A stretch of DNA of 64,000 nt from a virus. Position numbers and translations under genes: made by a program. The stretch is taken from IMG/VR virus record IMGVR_UViG_3300023174_000052, positions 64,001 to 128,000 of that record. One strand, written 5' to 3'. The notes below the pieces were generated by a model. It had not been told where the DNA came from and ran no database searches. It saw only the letters and a list, made by a program, of their open reading frames with translations. This document shows, one piece after another, positions 8,584 to 18,043 of this stretch (position 1 is the first letter of the stretch; each line of letters opens with the position of its first letter).

Positions 8584-9163
8584 CGACGGTCGCAGTAAGC
8601 GTAGGCAGACGAGCGTGATTTGCTAAATTGTGGCGACGCGCCTCATCAGCGTCAAGATACCAGTCGGCATGGCCCTTCGAATGAACGATATCGAGGAAAT
8701 AACCTGGTTCCTTCCCGCAGTTCTTGGCCATCATCTCGTAGACCTTCTTATTCAAACGTTCAGCCTCGCGAACGTCGGCCTTGAGTTCTTCAACCTTACC
8801 CCATGCACCTGACGATACATCGTGAATCATCAATGTAGCATCAGCGTCCATGTATCGCATACCTTCAGCACCGAAGGAAAATAGTAGCGCGCCACAACTC
8901 ATAGCCTTACCTTCGACAACAGTCGCGACTGGTACCTTCGAAGCCTTGATCGCAGCGATCATAGACATGAGAGCATAAACTTGACCACCATAAGAATCGA
9001 TAATGACTGGAATAACGGTCTGACCAGTGTTCTGCGCAAGGCTCATCGCAGAGCAGAAGTCCTTCGCCGATTCTTCATCAAACTTATTCACTCGAATAAT
9101 AACCGGTTCATACTTTAATTCGAGGTCCTTGATGAGCGGCGAAACAGTTGCTTTGAAGTTCAT
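8561..9163 (-). CDS. clpP: ClpP-like protease
   Basis: IIDSYGG, GKAMSCG (Ser nucleophile), LMIHD (His), DWYLDADEA (Asp); AGGAGG RBS. Confidence 0.88.
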   Translation of the reverse strand: MNFKATVSPLIKDLELKYEPVIIRVNKFDEESAKDFCSAMSLAQNTGQTVIPVIIDSYGGQVYALMSMIAAIKASKVPVATVVEGKAMSCGALLFSFGAEGMRYMDADATLMIHDVSSGAWGKVEELKADVREAERLNKKVYEMMAKNCGKEPGYFLDIVHSKGHADWYLDADEARRHNLANHARLPTLTATVDVKYGLE

Positions 9164-9209
9164 TCTTCCTCCTGCCCGTTGAAGCGCGGGCGATTTATTA
9201 TCTAAGTCT

Positions 9210-9238
9210 ACTATAATAAGTAACTTGAATATTTTTAA
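9210..9238 (-). promoter_or_regulatory. sigma70-like promoter of clpP
   Basis: TTAAAA-N17-TATAGT. Confidence 0.6.
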
Positions 9239-9270
9239 TTAATTTAATTGTATAATATCTAATTGCACAA

Positions 9271-11007
9271 TTAACTGCACTTTGACGAACCACAAGAAGA
9301 ACACGTCATGCATCCCTCTTGGTATACAAGACTGTCGCTACCACAATTTTGACATGTCTTACCTGCGATCGTAGTTCCATCCTTGATGTATCCCTTAAGG
9401 ACTCGCGAGATTGTCTTCGCGAACGAGAACATGTCGCTATTCTTATCTTTCTGGAGTTGTTCGACAACATATTGGATGGGTACTTCATGACGAAGGGCAA
9501 GAGAAATCGTCCTACTGAACGCACCTTGAGTTGGATTGTCAAATAAGTTAGCTACGTCCTTGAACATTAGCTCATCGTCTTCACCAAGTGGAATCGATAG
9601 ATTGTATGTTGACATTCCATCTCGTTTACCATTCTTGATAAGATTACCAATCTTGTGCTTCTTGGGCGCTTCAATATTTCCTGCTAATCCGCAGAAGACT
9701 TCGTAAGGCTTACCATCCAGAAGACCGATGAGTACCATCCAGTTTTCAGACTCGGTTCCATTACGTACAGTTACACGGTGAATGTCACATGGGATGGACT
9801 TCGGACGCTTCTTCGAATCACGGCCGGGTGGCTTCAATGGGTCCTGCTTCTTTGGAGCTTCCGTAGATACAAGCACACCATTACGACAACCATCACGATA
9901 GACAGTGAATCCCTTGCAACCAGATTCCCAAGCACGAAGATAAACGTCGGAGACTAATTCCTTCGTTGCTGAGTTCGGAAGGTTACACGTCTTCGAAATC
10001 GAGTGGTCAATCCAACGTTGCGCCGCAGCCTGTAATTCTACTGAAGATACCCAATCTACGTCGTTAGCAGTCGCACCCCAATAAGGAGATTCCTCAGGTG
10101 CCTCGAGTCCAGTTACATCCATCCACTTCTTAAACCAGTGATGATAAACGGTGTATTCTGTCCACTTATCTCCCAACTCATCTACGAAATCCACCTTCGA
10201 AGTGAAATCGCCAGGTGTAACCTTACGACGGCGCTTATAAGAAAGGAGGAACGCGGGTTCGATGCCTGAGGTGGTTCGGGTAAGACAAGAGACGGAACCG
10301 ACGGGTGCAGTGGTCGTCAATGCAATATTACGACGGCCAGTCTTACGCCACATCTCTTTTACGCTTTCACCGCATGCGTCCATGATCTTCGAGAGGTATT
10401 CATGATCCTTCTCTTTCTTATATTCGAACATTGGAAAAGGACCACGCTCATGAGCGAGGATACAAGAAGACGTATGCGCAGCAATCGCAAGAGAACGATA
10501 GATCTTTTCAGTCCACGTAATGGACTCTTCGCTACCATACTTTACACCGAGCGCAGCGAGACAATCTCCGAGACCCGTAATCCCCAACCCCGTACGGCGA
10601 CCGTTCAATCCCGCAGCGCGAATCTTCTGCCATAAGTCTCGTTCGATTTGTTTAACCTGGTTGGGTTCGGTGTCTCGTTCAAGCTTCTTAATAATCTTGT
10701 CAACGCACTCGACCTCGAGGTCAACGAGATCGTCCATTAGTCGCTGCGCTCGCATAGCGACCTTATGGAACCTATCGAAATCAAAGCGTGGCGAAGACGA
10801 GAACGGTTCGTTAACGAACGACGTAAGGTTAAGAACCATGAGACGACAAGAGTCATATGGAGACAGTGGAATCTCTCCACAATTATGAACGAGTAATCCA
10901 TTAGCGAAAAAATTGTGTGTATCGTCCACTGTTAAATCATAAACAGTTTCATTTTGTGCCTCTTCAATTGACACAATCTCATCCCAAAAAACATTACCTT
11001 CAATCAT
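9271..11007 (-). CDS. nrdJ: class II (B12) ribonucleotide reductase, C-terminal half, with N-terminal split-intein C-fragment
   Basis: 42-aa IntC ending NFFANGLLVHN, then CGEIPL...CRL, RRTGLG, TTAPVGS, SGIEP, DHSISKTCN, KGFTVYRDG, TSCPD-like region and Cys-rich tail. Confidence 0.92.
   Translation of the reverse strand: MIEGNVFWDEIVSIEEAQNETVYDLTVDDTHNFFANGLLVHNCGEIPLSPYDSCRLMVLNLTSFVNEPFSSSPRFDFDRFHKVAMRAQRLMDDLVDLEVECVDKIIKKLERDTEPNQVKQIERDLWQKIRAAGLNGRRTGLGITGLGDCLAALGVKYGSEESITWTEKIYRSLAIAAHTSSCILAHERGPFPMFEYKKEKDHEYLSKIMDACGESVKEMWRKTGRRNIALTTTAPVGSVSCLTRTTSGIEPAFLLSYKRRRKVTPGDFTSKVDFVDELGDKWTEYTVYHHWFKKWMDVTGLEAPEESPYWGATANDVDWVSSVELQAAAQRWIDHSISKTCNLPNSATKELVSDVYLRAWESGCKGFTVYRDGCRNGVLVSTEAPKKQDPLKPPGRDSKKRPKSIPCDIHRVTVRNGTESENWMVLIGLLDGKPYEVFCGLAGNIEAPKKHKIGNLIKNGKRDGMSTYNLSIPLGEDDELMFKDVANLFDNPTQGAFSRTISLALRHEVPIQYVVEQLQKDKNSDMFSFAKTISRVLKGYIKDGTTIAGKTCQNCGSDSLVYQEGCMTCSSCGSSKCS
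10882..11007 (-). mobile_element. split intein C-fragment (IntC, 42 aa)
   Basis: Block F VYDLTVDDTHNFFAN, block G VHN, followed by the +1 Cys. Confidence 0.93.
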
Positions 11008-11797
11008 TTTTTAACTCCATGAGTCTTACTTTCTTCCACTCATTAATAATATCTTTTTGTTTTCGATTTATTAATAAAAACAGTTCGTCTGAGATTAATT
11101 CGGCAGATATATCGCCGTATTCTTTTTTAAACATTTCGAATTTGTCGATTCTTTCTAAAGAACCATTTGACCACCTGGATTTAATCTCTACGATCTTGGA
11201 GAGATTATTGTTTTCGTAAATAAAAAAATCGGGTCGATAATATCTGCCATCTGACAGAAGGTACGAACGTGCTTCGACGTCCCATTCTATTCTGTTATCA
11301 TTTAAAAATTTTGCATAACCATATTCCCAAGAACTTCGCAACCAAACATATTTTGATTTAGATTCGTTAAGGTACCAACCCGCAACGTGATGTTTATTAA
11401 CGATATCTTTGTCTTTGTATTTTTCAGTCCAATTCGTCCACGGATTATTAGTCTTGGCACGCTCTGATCTTATCTTTTTTAAACCTTCTGTGACACAGTT
11501 TTGGCCCGCTCGTTTTTCTATTCCTAACGTTTCAAATACAGTTCTTAATCTTGTGTAAGAAATGTTTCCCAAGTAAGAACTAATCAACTTAAAACCCATT
11601 CCATTCTCTTCATACAAAATCGTTAGATTTCGTATTAATTTTTGACAATCTTTATGTGAGGCGTCGATTACATAACTTGCGGTTATCTTTCCACCTCTAC
11701 CTATAAATTCTCTTTTAATTTTAGAACAGGCTATTTCTTGTATTAATTCTCTGGTTTCGTTGATCAGTCCTTCTAACGCTTGAATATGTTCGTACAT
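11000..11797 (-). CDS. free-standing putative homing endonuclease, PD-(D/E)xK fold
   Basis: LRSSWE...EWDVE...YRPDFFIY...IVEIKS; AT-rich; lies between the two intein halves. Confidence 0.8.
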   Translation of the reverse strand: MYEHIQALEGLINETRELIQEIACSKIKREFIGRGGKITASYVIDASHKDCQKLIRNLTILYEENGMGFKLISSYLGNISYTRLRTVFETLGIEKRAGQNCVTEGLKKIRSERAKTNNPWTNWTEKYKDKDIVNKHHVAGWYLNESKSKYVWLRSSWEYGYAKFLNDNRIEWDVEARSYLLSDGRYYRPDFFIYENNNLSKIVEIKSRWSNGSLERIDKFEMFKKEYGDISAELISDELFLLINRKQKDIINEWKKVRLMELKND

Positions 11798-11846
11798 TTA
11801 CTAATCCCTCCATTTATAAGTATATTGCAAGGATTAGTAAATTTTC

Positions 11847-13028
11847 TCATTTAGAATCAAAGGAAAGAATTTTATCGTCTTTTGTTAAATCTGCCGCTTC
11901 GACCCAACCGCGTTGTGTGTATACGCGGTGATCTGGCGTTAATCTAATTTTCTTTCCTGACTTGGTTTTTAGTTCAAGAATCTTTGCGTCATCTTTCGTC
12001 TTAAACGCAACAGCTGACTTTTTAACGACTTCTTTCTTTTCGGTATCAAAGGACTCTACAAAGAACTGCGCATTTTGTTCTGCCAACTCTTTTACAGTCT
12101 TTTCTCCTGCATTTGTTAGGACCAGAGTATCTCCTGTCACGCATGGATTTGTCGAAATTGACTTATAGCCCATTGACTCGTAAATATCTGCCGTTCCATT
12201 CTTCGTAACATTGTCCCAGAACAAAGCGCCTGGTTCTGCCGAAGACCATGCTGCATCCACGAACTGGTCCCAGATTGCCTTAGCCGATACTGTCTTTGTG
12301 TATTCGGCGTTCTCTACGCTCTTCTCTACGGGCCACCGGAGTGTAAAATCCGTACCTGACTTCACGGCATGCATAAACTCATCCGTGAAACGAATAGAAA
12401 TATTTGCACCAGTTACCTTCTTAAGATCACGCTTGATATTAATGAAGGTCTCGATCTCTGGGTGGCGACAGTCGATTGAAAGCATCAACGCTCCTCGACG
12501 ACCGCCTTGGGCGACCTCTCGACATGAATTTGAGAATCGCTCCATGAACACGCCGATACCGTCAGTCGTACGAGCAGCGTTAGAAGTAGGAAGACCCTTG
12601 GGACGAATGTTCGATACGTCGAATCCTACGCCACCGCGACGCTTCATGATTTGAACCTGCTCTTGGTCAGAGAATAAGATGCCGCCGTAAGAATCTTTAG
12701 GGCTATCGATGACGAAACAGTTCGAAAGCGACTGAATCTGATAGGGATTTCCAATTCCTGACATCGGAGAACCTTGCGGAACAATGTCTGCGAAATTCTT
12801 GAAGTATCCGTAGATTTCTTCTTCAGACATTGGATTGGGATACTTCGATTCTACGTGGGCGAATGCCTTCGCCAAGCGACGGTGCATCTGGTCTGGATTC
12901 GTTTCCAGAAGTTCACCCGCTTCATTTCGAAGCGCGTATTTCATGAATACATCAGGAGCAAGTGGATCTCCATCAAAGTATTCAGATGTTTCACGTAGCG
13001 CGATCTCTTGTACGTTAGTTAAAGACAT
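11847..13028 (-). CDS. nrdJ: class II ribonucleotide reductase, N-terminal half, with C-terminal IntN
   Basis: PQGSPM, LSNCFV, GGVGFD.S.IRPKG, QGGRRGALM, HPEI, ANISI, AEPG, STNP|C. Likely start is ATG 13028, just after the helicase stop. Confidence 0.92.
   Translation of the reverse strand: MSLTNVQEIALRETSEYFDGDPLAPDVFMKYALRNEAGELLETNPDQMHRRLAKAFAHVESKYPNPMSEEEIYGYFKNFADIVPQGSPMSGIGNPYQIQSLSNCFVIDSPKDSYGGILFSDQEQVQIMKRRGGVGFDVSNIRPKGLPTSNAARTTDGIGVFMERFSNSCREVAQGGRRGALMLSIDCRHPEIETFINIKRDLKKVTGANISIRFTDEFMHAVKSGTDFTLRWPVEKSVENAEYTKTVSAKAIWDQFVDAAWSSAEPGALFWDNVTKNGTADIYESMGYKSISTNPCVTGDTLVLTNAGEKTVKELAEQNAQFFVESFDTEKKEVVKKSAVAFKTKDDAKILELKTKSGKKIRLTPDHRVYTQRGWVEAADLTKDDKILSFDSK
11850..12143 (-). 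mobile_element. split intein N-fragment (IntN, 98 aa)
   Basis: Block A CVTGDTLV directly after ...STNP; block B IRLTPDHRVYT; GWVEAADL; ends at a stop codon. Confidence 0.93.
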
Positions 13029-13030
13029 TT

Positions 13031-14410
13031 TTACTTGCTCCCCATTACTTCTTTCCATTTTGCTTGTAGGACTCGTTTTCTTTCGCTTTCATCTTGAGCC
13101 AAAGATTCTTGAAGACTCAAACTATTTTCATCAAGGATTCTAATTTTAGAGCGAGAAGTGTCAATGTGTACTGGAAAAATGATGCCATCTCGGCCGGCTC
13201 GATTCTTCGCAACGAACATTCTCCCCATTCCAGTCGCCTTTTCCGAAGGTTTTCGCGATAGAGAAATTACTACGTCGGCGACCATTGCCTTACCATAAGA
13301 TTCAGACATGTTCTCCAAACCTACGACGTCTGCGTTCGAACCCTCTCTATTCGACTGCGAAGCAGTCCAGATTGGGATAGCCTTTTCCATTGCAAGATTT
13401 CGTAGATCTTCATAGATTAGTTTTAGCTCCATTCGTAGAGCGTCGAATTCTCGACTCGAACGCATAATGTCGGCGTAGTCAATAATGATAACATGCGGGA
13501 CGAATCCACGAAGAGCTAACTTTTCTAAGTGATTTCGAATAGTAGCAACTGTACATGTACCGGTTGGATACTCTTTAATAATCAACCTACCGAGTTCCAT
13601 GCCCTTATACATATCGATGACATTTGTCTTCGAATCCTGAATGTCACTCGATGGGATATCCGTTAGATTTGAATCGTATCGAATTCCTACAGCAGTCTCG
13701 GTCAGTTCGAAAGTATAATGAACAACGTTCTTGCCGACCTTTAACGCGTTAGCTCCCATAGCAACAAGAAAGTGAGACTTTCCAACACCAGTTGGAGCGG
13801 CTATAACTCCAAGTTCACCCTTGCCAAGACCACCATTTAGAACAGAGCGTTCGTCAAGCTGTTCGATACCAGTTGGACAAGGCATGCGATTAATCTTAAC
13901 GAAACGCGCTTCCATATCTTCGAAGAAATCATGACCAACAGATGCTGCGATACCAACGGATACCGCCTTCTTCATGAGATCGACAACTGCGTCATACTGG
14001 TCGGTACCGATGAGCTCAACAGATTTATTAAGAGCTTCCTTCATCGCTTGCTTGCGACAAAAATCCAGAGACTTATCTTTTACATACGCGAGATCTCCCA
14101 TATCAGGAAGCGTACGCATGCGTGTTAAGTATTCTACGACCTGCTCTTTAAGAACTTCGTTATTCGTTTCTCGAAGGTCGTCTTTGACGATGGAGATTAG
14201 AAGGGGAAGGGTTGGAAAGTTCTTGTACTTCTCAAAGTACTTGAAATACTTGTCGGTCAAATAAGCGAGATAACGTAGATCGAAAAAATCCGATCGCATT
14301 ACTTCTGTCATTTGTGTAGCCCAAGTTGTATCTGTGATCAAACCAAGAAAGATTCTTTCCTGGAATGGGCGACCGTATTGTCCAAAGTAATTCTCACTAC
14401 CGTCAATCAT
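13031..14410 (-). CDS. DnaB-family replicative helicase (T4 gp41-like)
   Basis: Walker A APTGVGKS, FELTE, IIDYAD, WTASQSNR, KNRAG. Confidence 0.92.
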   Translation of the reverse strand: MIDGSENYFGQYGRPFQERIFLGLITDTTWATQMTEVMRSDFFDLRYLAYLTDKYFKYFEKYKNFPTLPLLISIVKDDLRETNNEVLKEQVVEYLTRMRTLPDMGDLAYVKDKSLDFCRKQAMKEALNKSVELIGTDQYDAVVDLMKKAVSVGIAASVGHDFFEDMEARFVKINRMPCPTGIEQLDERSVLNGGLGKGELGVIAAPTGVGKSHFLVAMGANALKVGKNVVHYTFELTETAVGIRYDSNLTDIPSSDIQDSKTNVIDMYKGMELGRLIIKEYPTGTCTVATIRNHLEKLALRGFVPHVIIIDYADIMRSSREFDALRMELKLIYEDLRNLAMEKAIPIWTASQSNREGSNADVVGLENMSESYGKAMVADVVISLSRKPSEKATGMGRMFVAKNRAGRDGIIFPVHIDTSRSKIRILDENSLSLQESLAQDESERKRVLQAKWKEVMGSK

Positions 14411-14424
14411 TCTTTCCTCTTTGT

Positions 14425-15381
14425 CTACTTCGTAATCAGGTTAGCAGAGATCTGAAGAAACAGACCATCTACATTAAAAGTCTTGATGCCATTCGTCATT
14501 AATGATCTCATAAATCCAATCTTATTAGCTGCAGGCAGCGGAATTACAAGTGAATCTTCGATTTTTTTGACTTGCGTCCCGCTCAACGAAATTAAGTCCA
14601 GGTTCATGAGTCGCCAGTTCAGTCTTAATAACTGTTCTGACTCTGTGATTTCTTTATAAAACTTTAGCTTAGATTTCTCTGACATTTGTTTAGATTCTTC
14701 GATGACTTCGTCAATAGAAACCTCACCAGTCAAAAACTGCGGGAACTTTTTAGACAGCGTCTTCATTCCAACCCCCTTAACTCCTGGGATAGAATCTGAC
14801 TGATCGCCTTCGAAGCACCTGGCTAAGCAAAAGTTTTTAGGATGAATTCCATACTTTTCGATGATGGATTGTTCATCGATCATCTTTTTCTGGTTCGGAG
14901 ACCAGACCTTGACACGATCATTTATGAGTTGATAATAGTCGTGGTCTGATGAAACGATAACGATATTATTGTCTTTGTAACAGTACCGGGAGATGTACCC
15001 GATGACGTCGTCAGCTTCGCAATCAGAAACATACATTTGACGAACCGGCAATAACTTCAATAATGAAATTAAAAACTTAAGTTGCCAGTCCCTATTTTCG
15101 GGAGAATCGGGTAGCTCATCTTCATAAAATCGATTAAACCGTTGGGGTTTGCGACCACCCTTGTATCCAGGGAAAATGGCTCGACGTCTGGTCGAGCCAC
15201 CTCCCTCCCAGACTATTGTACAAGCTTCTGGTTGCAGCATCCTGATGAGCGAGCCTAACGTAGATAGGAATCCTATGGCCCCACCGACGTGTGTGCCCTC
15301 GGCCATTTTAGGCGATGCAGTGTATGATCTCAAAAATAGATTTGTGCCGTCTATCAGGATGTGTGGCCTTGACAATTTCAC
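14425..15381 (-). CDS. 5'-3' exonuclease / flap nuclease (T4 RNase H-like)
   Basis: IDGTN, YKGGR, EADD, SSDHD, GDQSDSIPGVKGVG; GTG start overlapping the recA stop. Confidence 0.92.
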   Translation of the reverse strand: MKLSRPHILIDGTNLFLRSYTASPKMAEGTHVGGAIGFLSTLGSLIRMLQPEACTIVWEGGGSTRRRAIFPGYKGGRKPQRFNRFYEDELPDSPENRDWQLKFLISLLKLLPVRQMYVSDCEADDVIGYISRYCYKDNNIVIVSSDHDYYQLINDRVKVWSPNQKKMIDEQSIIEKYGIHPKNFCLARCFEGDQSDSIPGVKGVGMKTLSKKFPQFLTGEVSIDEVIEESKQMSEKSKLKFYKEITESEQLLRLNWRLMNLDLISLSGTQVKKIEDSLVIPLPAANKIGFMRSLMTNGIKTFNVDGLFLQISANLITK

Positions 15382-16586
15382 TCCGGAAGAATATTTTCGT
15401 CGAGGTGCATTGCAATAGAACGCATGTCTTCGTAAGAGTCAGGATCAATTTCGATATCTTCTGCCTTGACCGCCCTCTTTACCATCGCTCGTTCAACCAG
15501 GTCATCAAGCCAGGTCTTATATTCTTTGTTTTCAAGAAGCTCGCCGAAATCTGACTTATAGAACTTCTTTTCGATGATCTTCGTACCATCTGGTTTGACA
15601 ACTTCGAATAGCTTCCACTGTGTCGTACCAGAAATACAGACCTTGTGATCTCGAATGATTTCTTCACCGTGCTCTCGCAAGACGTCGAATAACTCTTCAT
15701 GTTCTACGATACCCTTTCCGAAATGAATCTGGAAATTACAGGTTCGGAATGGCGGACCGACTTTATTCTTGACTGTTTTTGCAGAAACATTGATACCAAT
15801 GATTTCTTTCTTGTCATTTTCAATCTGAGAACCGGCACCAAGCTTGATTCTTACTGAAGCGTGGAATGGAATAGCATTACCACCAGGAGTCACTGATGGA
15901 TCTCCGTAAAGTACGCCGATCTTGCTTCGAATCTGATTCAAGCATACAAACAAAACATTTTGATCGCCGATGACACCAGTAATCTTACGCATACCCTTCG
16001 AGAGTACTCGAGCCTGAAGACCGATGGTATCTTTATCGTAGTCGCCTTCTAATTCTGCCTTAGGCGACGACGCTGCGACTGAATCCCAGATGATAGTGAT
16101 CGGTGCATCCTTTTGCATCGCCTTCGCTTTAAGAATAGTCTTTTCGGCGATATCGAATACTTCTTCAGTACAATGTGTATCAACATATACGAAGCGCTTC
16201 GCTACATCGACCCCAAGAGCAGCCAAGTTCTCGGGATTTGTGGCGTTCTCAGTATCGATATACACGACAATACCACCCATTCGTTGAGTCGAACGAGCGA
16301 TGTGCGTCGCGATATGTGACTTACCGATTGAAGGTGGACCGAACATTTCAATGATTCGACCTTCGGGTAATCCACCATTTCGCTTATTAGAAATGATATA
16401 ATCTAATTGTCGAGAACCTGTTGAGACCCAACGTTTAACGTGAGTCGGAGATTGGTCAGAAGCAAGATTATATGCTACGCGATGACCCTGATCTTTGTTC
16501 AAGGACGCGATTAGATCGGCGGTAAAATCTTCAGTTGATGAAGTTTCACCTGTTAATTCAATAGACTTCTTTCTACCTGGTGGCAA
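15378..16586 (-). CDS. recA: RecA/UvsX recombinase
   Basis: GGLPEGRIIEMFGPPSIGKS, IDTE, WDSVAA, NQIR, TPGGNA, KNKV; TTG start with GGAGG. Confidence 0.95.
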   Translation of the reverse strand: MPPGRKKSIELTGETSSTEDFTADLIASLNKDQGHRVAYNLASDQSPTHVKRWVSTGSRQLDYIISNKRNGGLPEGRIIEMFGPPSIGKSHIATHIARSTQRMGGIVVYIDTENATNPENLAALGVDVAKRFVYVDTHCTEEVFDIAEKTILKAKAMQKDAPITIIWDSVAASSPKAELEGDYDKDTIGLQARVLSKGMRKITGVIGDQNVLFVCLNQIRSKIGVLYGDPSVTPGGNAIPFHASVRIKLGAGSQIENDKKEIIGINVSAKTVKNKVGPPFRTCNFQIHFGKGIVEHEELFDVLREHGEEIIRDHKVCISGTTQWKLFEVVKPDGTKIIEKKFYKSDFGELLENKEYKTWLDDLVERAMVKRAVKAEDIEIDPDSYEDMRSIAMHLDENILPE

Positions 16587-16603
16587 ATTTCCTCCATAAC
16601 AGA

Positions 16604-16632
16604 ACAGTAATGAGATTTAGCAATATTTTCAA
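16604..16632 (-). promoter_or_regulatory. sigma70-like promoter of recA
   Basis: TTGAAA-N17-TACTGT. Confidence 0.6.
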
Positions 16633-16637
16633 GACAT

Positions 16638-16669
16638 AAAAAAGGCAGCTCACCTTTCGATGCGCTGCC
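16638..16669 (-). terminator. intrinsic terminator after the SSB gene
   Basis: GGCAGC-GCATC-GAAA-GGTGA-GCTGCC followed by T6. Confidence 0.8.
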
Positions 16670-16684
16670 AGAAATATCAATCTA

Positions 16685-17515
16685 TTACGATTCTAAATCT
16701 GCGAATGCGTCATCAAGATCTGCGAACGCGTTCTTCGAAGGGCTTGGCTTCGAGACACTTTGCGGCGTAGACTTCGAAGTCGTTGAGAATTCTTCTTCGA
16801 GAGAGGTCAACTTCGATGGAGCGCCACGAACAGTACCGACATCATCATTAGAAGAACCGCCGGTTAACCAGTCATTGACACGCTTCTCGATCTCTTCTGT
16901 AGGAGTTAGAGATTCGTAGTCATCAATGTTCGGCACCGTAGTTAACCACTGCTTCGACTGCGACGAGTCCTTCGACAGTGGAGTCTGTGTGGCTCGAGGC
17001 GTAAACTTCGTATCAGCAAACTGCTTACCAGGCTGCTTTGAAGTAGAAACCTTGAGGTCGCGACCGGTCTCAGGATCAGTGATATCACCGTAATCTTCAT
17101 CGAGCATCAAGCGGAGAAGATCCTGATAGATCATCTTACCGAAAGACCATAGACGAACGCCCTTCTCTTCTTCACCTCGAACAATGACAGCAGCGTAAGT
17201 GCGCATCTTCGGGTAAAGCTTCTTGGCCAGTTCCTTGCTTCCGTCTGACCCATCTTCGCGAAGCTTATTGATCAAATCCTGAATTGGATCCTTCTTCTGG
17301 AATTGATATGGAGCAAGAATTGCGGGAGCCTTATCGCCACCGATCCCGTAGTAATACCAACGATCGACGAAAGGTTGACCGTCGTTATTGGGCATAGGGA
17401 CAATTCGAATGTTATAATCCTTGCCTTCTTCCGGACGCCACATAATGGTCGACTTCTTGTTCTGTCCAGAAAGAGTGTTCAGCTTCTTACGAATCGCGTC
17501 AAAATCAATAGCCAT
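16685..17515 (-). CDS. single-stranded DNA-binding protein (T4 gp32-like)
   Basis: WRP...IRIVP, LWSFGK, YGDITDPETGRDL, acidic tail FADLDDAFADLES. Confidence 0.85.
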   Translation of the reverse strand: MAIDFDAIRKKLNTLSGQNKKSTIMWRPEEGKDYNIRIVPMPNNDGQPFVDRWYYYGIGGDKAPAILAPYQFQKKDPIQDLINKLREDGSDGSKELAKKLYPKMRTYAAVIVRGEEEKGVRLWSFGKMIYQDLLRLMLDEDYGDITDPETGRDLKVSTSKQPGKQFADTKFTPRATQTPLSKDSSQSKQWLTTVPNIDDYESLTPTEEIEKRVNDWLTGGSSNDDVGTVRGAPSKLTSLEEEFSTTSKSTPQSVSKPSPSKNAFADLDDAFADLES

Positions 17516-17601
17516 GTTATTTTTTCCTTTTTTGTTTGTTGAATTAAGCTATGAACGACCTCTCGCCCGTTCACCGCTTCCCCGTGCTCTTCGCACATGA
17601 G

Positions 17602-17630
17602 ACTATAGTAAGTGTTTGTTATTTTTTTAA
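17602..17630 (-). promoter_or_regulatory. sigma70-like promoter of the SSB gene
   Basis: TTAAAA-N17-TATAGT. Confidence 0.6.
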
Positions 17631-18034
17631 GCTTCGTGAGGATATTTTATTTCGCCTTGCAGATATCTCATCGCGTTCTTAGAACCCCTGGACCTGGACG
17701 AACCAAAGGGATTTTCAGCAATAGCGAATGCTCGAGCTAAGCAAGCGACAGAATCGTAATACAACCAATGTTCTTCACGGTCGTAAGAATCTTCATTATT
17801 ATAGTATCTAAAATGATTTTGAAAAGTAAAGTCTTCATCGCCGACGACTTGACCAGACAAAGACTTCGACTCTTTCATTTTCGACTTACGCCTATCACGT
17901 TTAGAACGTTTTCGAATTGGCGCGCCTATTGGTCCAATAAACCCACCAGCGCCTGCTACGCCGCTAAATTCTTCAAGTGTTTCTTCTTCAATCATTTCGC
18001 GTATCAAAGAGCGAAGTCTATCGAGGTGTTCCAT
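17627..18034 (-). CDS. hypothetical protein, probable internal head protein
   Basis: N-terminal LRSLIREMIEEETLEE motif, basic patch, GAGG RBS, upstream ATAATTA. Confidence 0.6.
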   Translation of the reverse strand: MEHLDRLRSLIREMIEEETLEEFSGVAGAGGFIGPIGAPIRKRSKRDRRKSKMKESKSLSGQVVGDEDFTFQNHFRYYNNEDSYDREEHWLYYDSVACLARAFAIAENPFGSSRSRGSKNAMRYLQGEIKYPHEA

Positions 18035-18043
18035 ATCCTCTAA

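Noticed and set aside
10882-12143. Group I intron interrupting nrdJ
   Set aside because: Both flanks encode clear intein blocks and the insert is almost fully coding, leaving no room for a ribozyme core.
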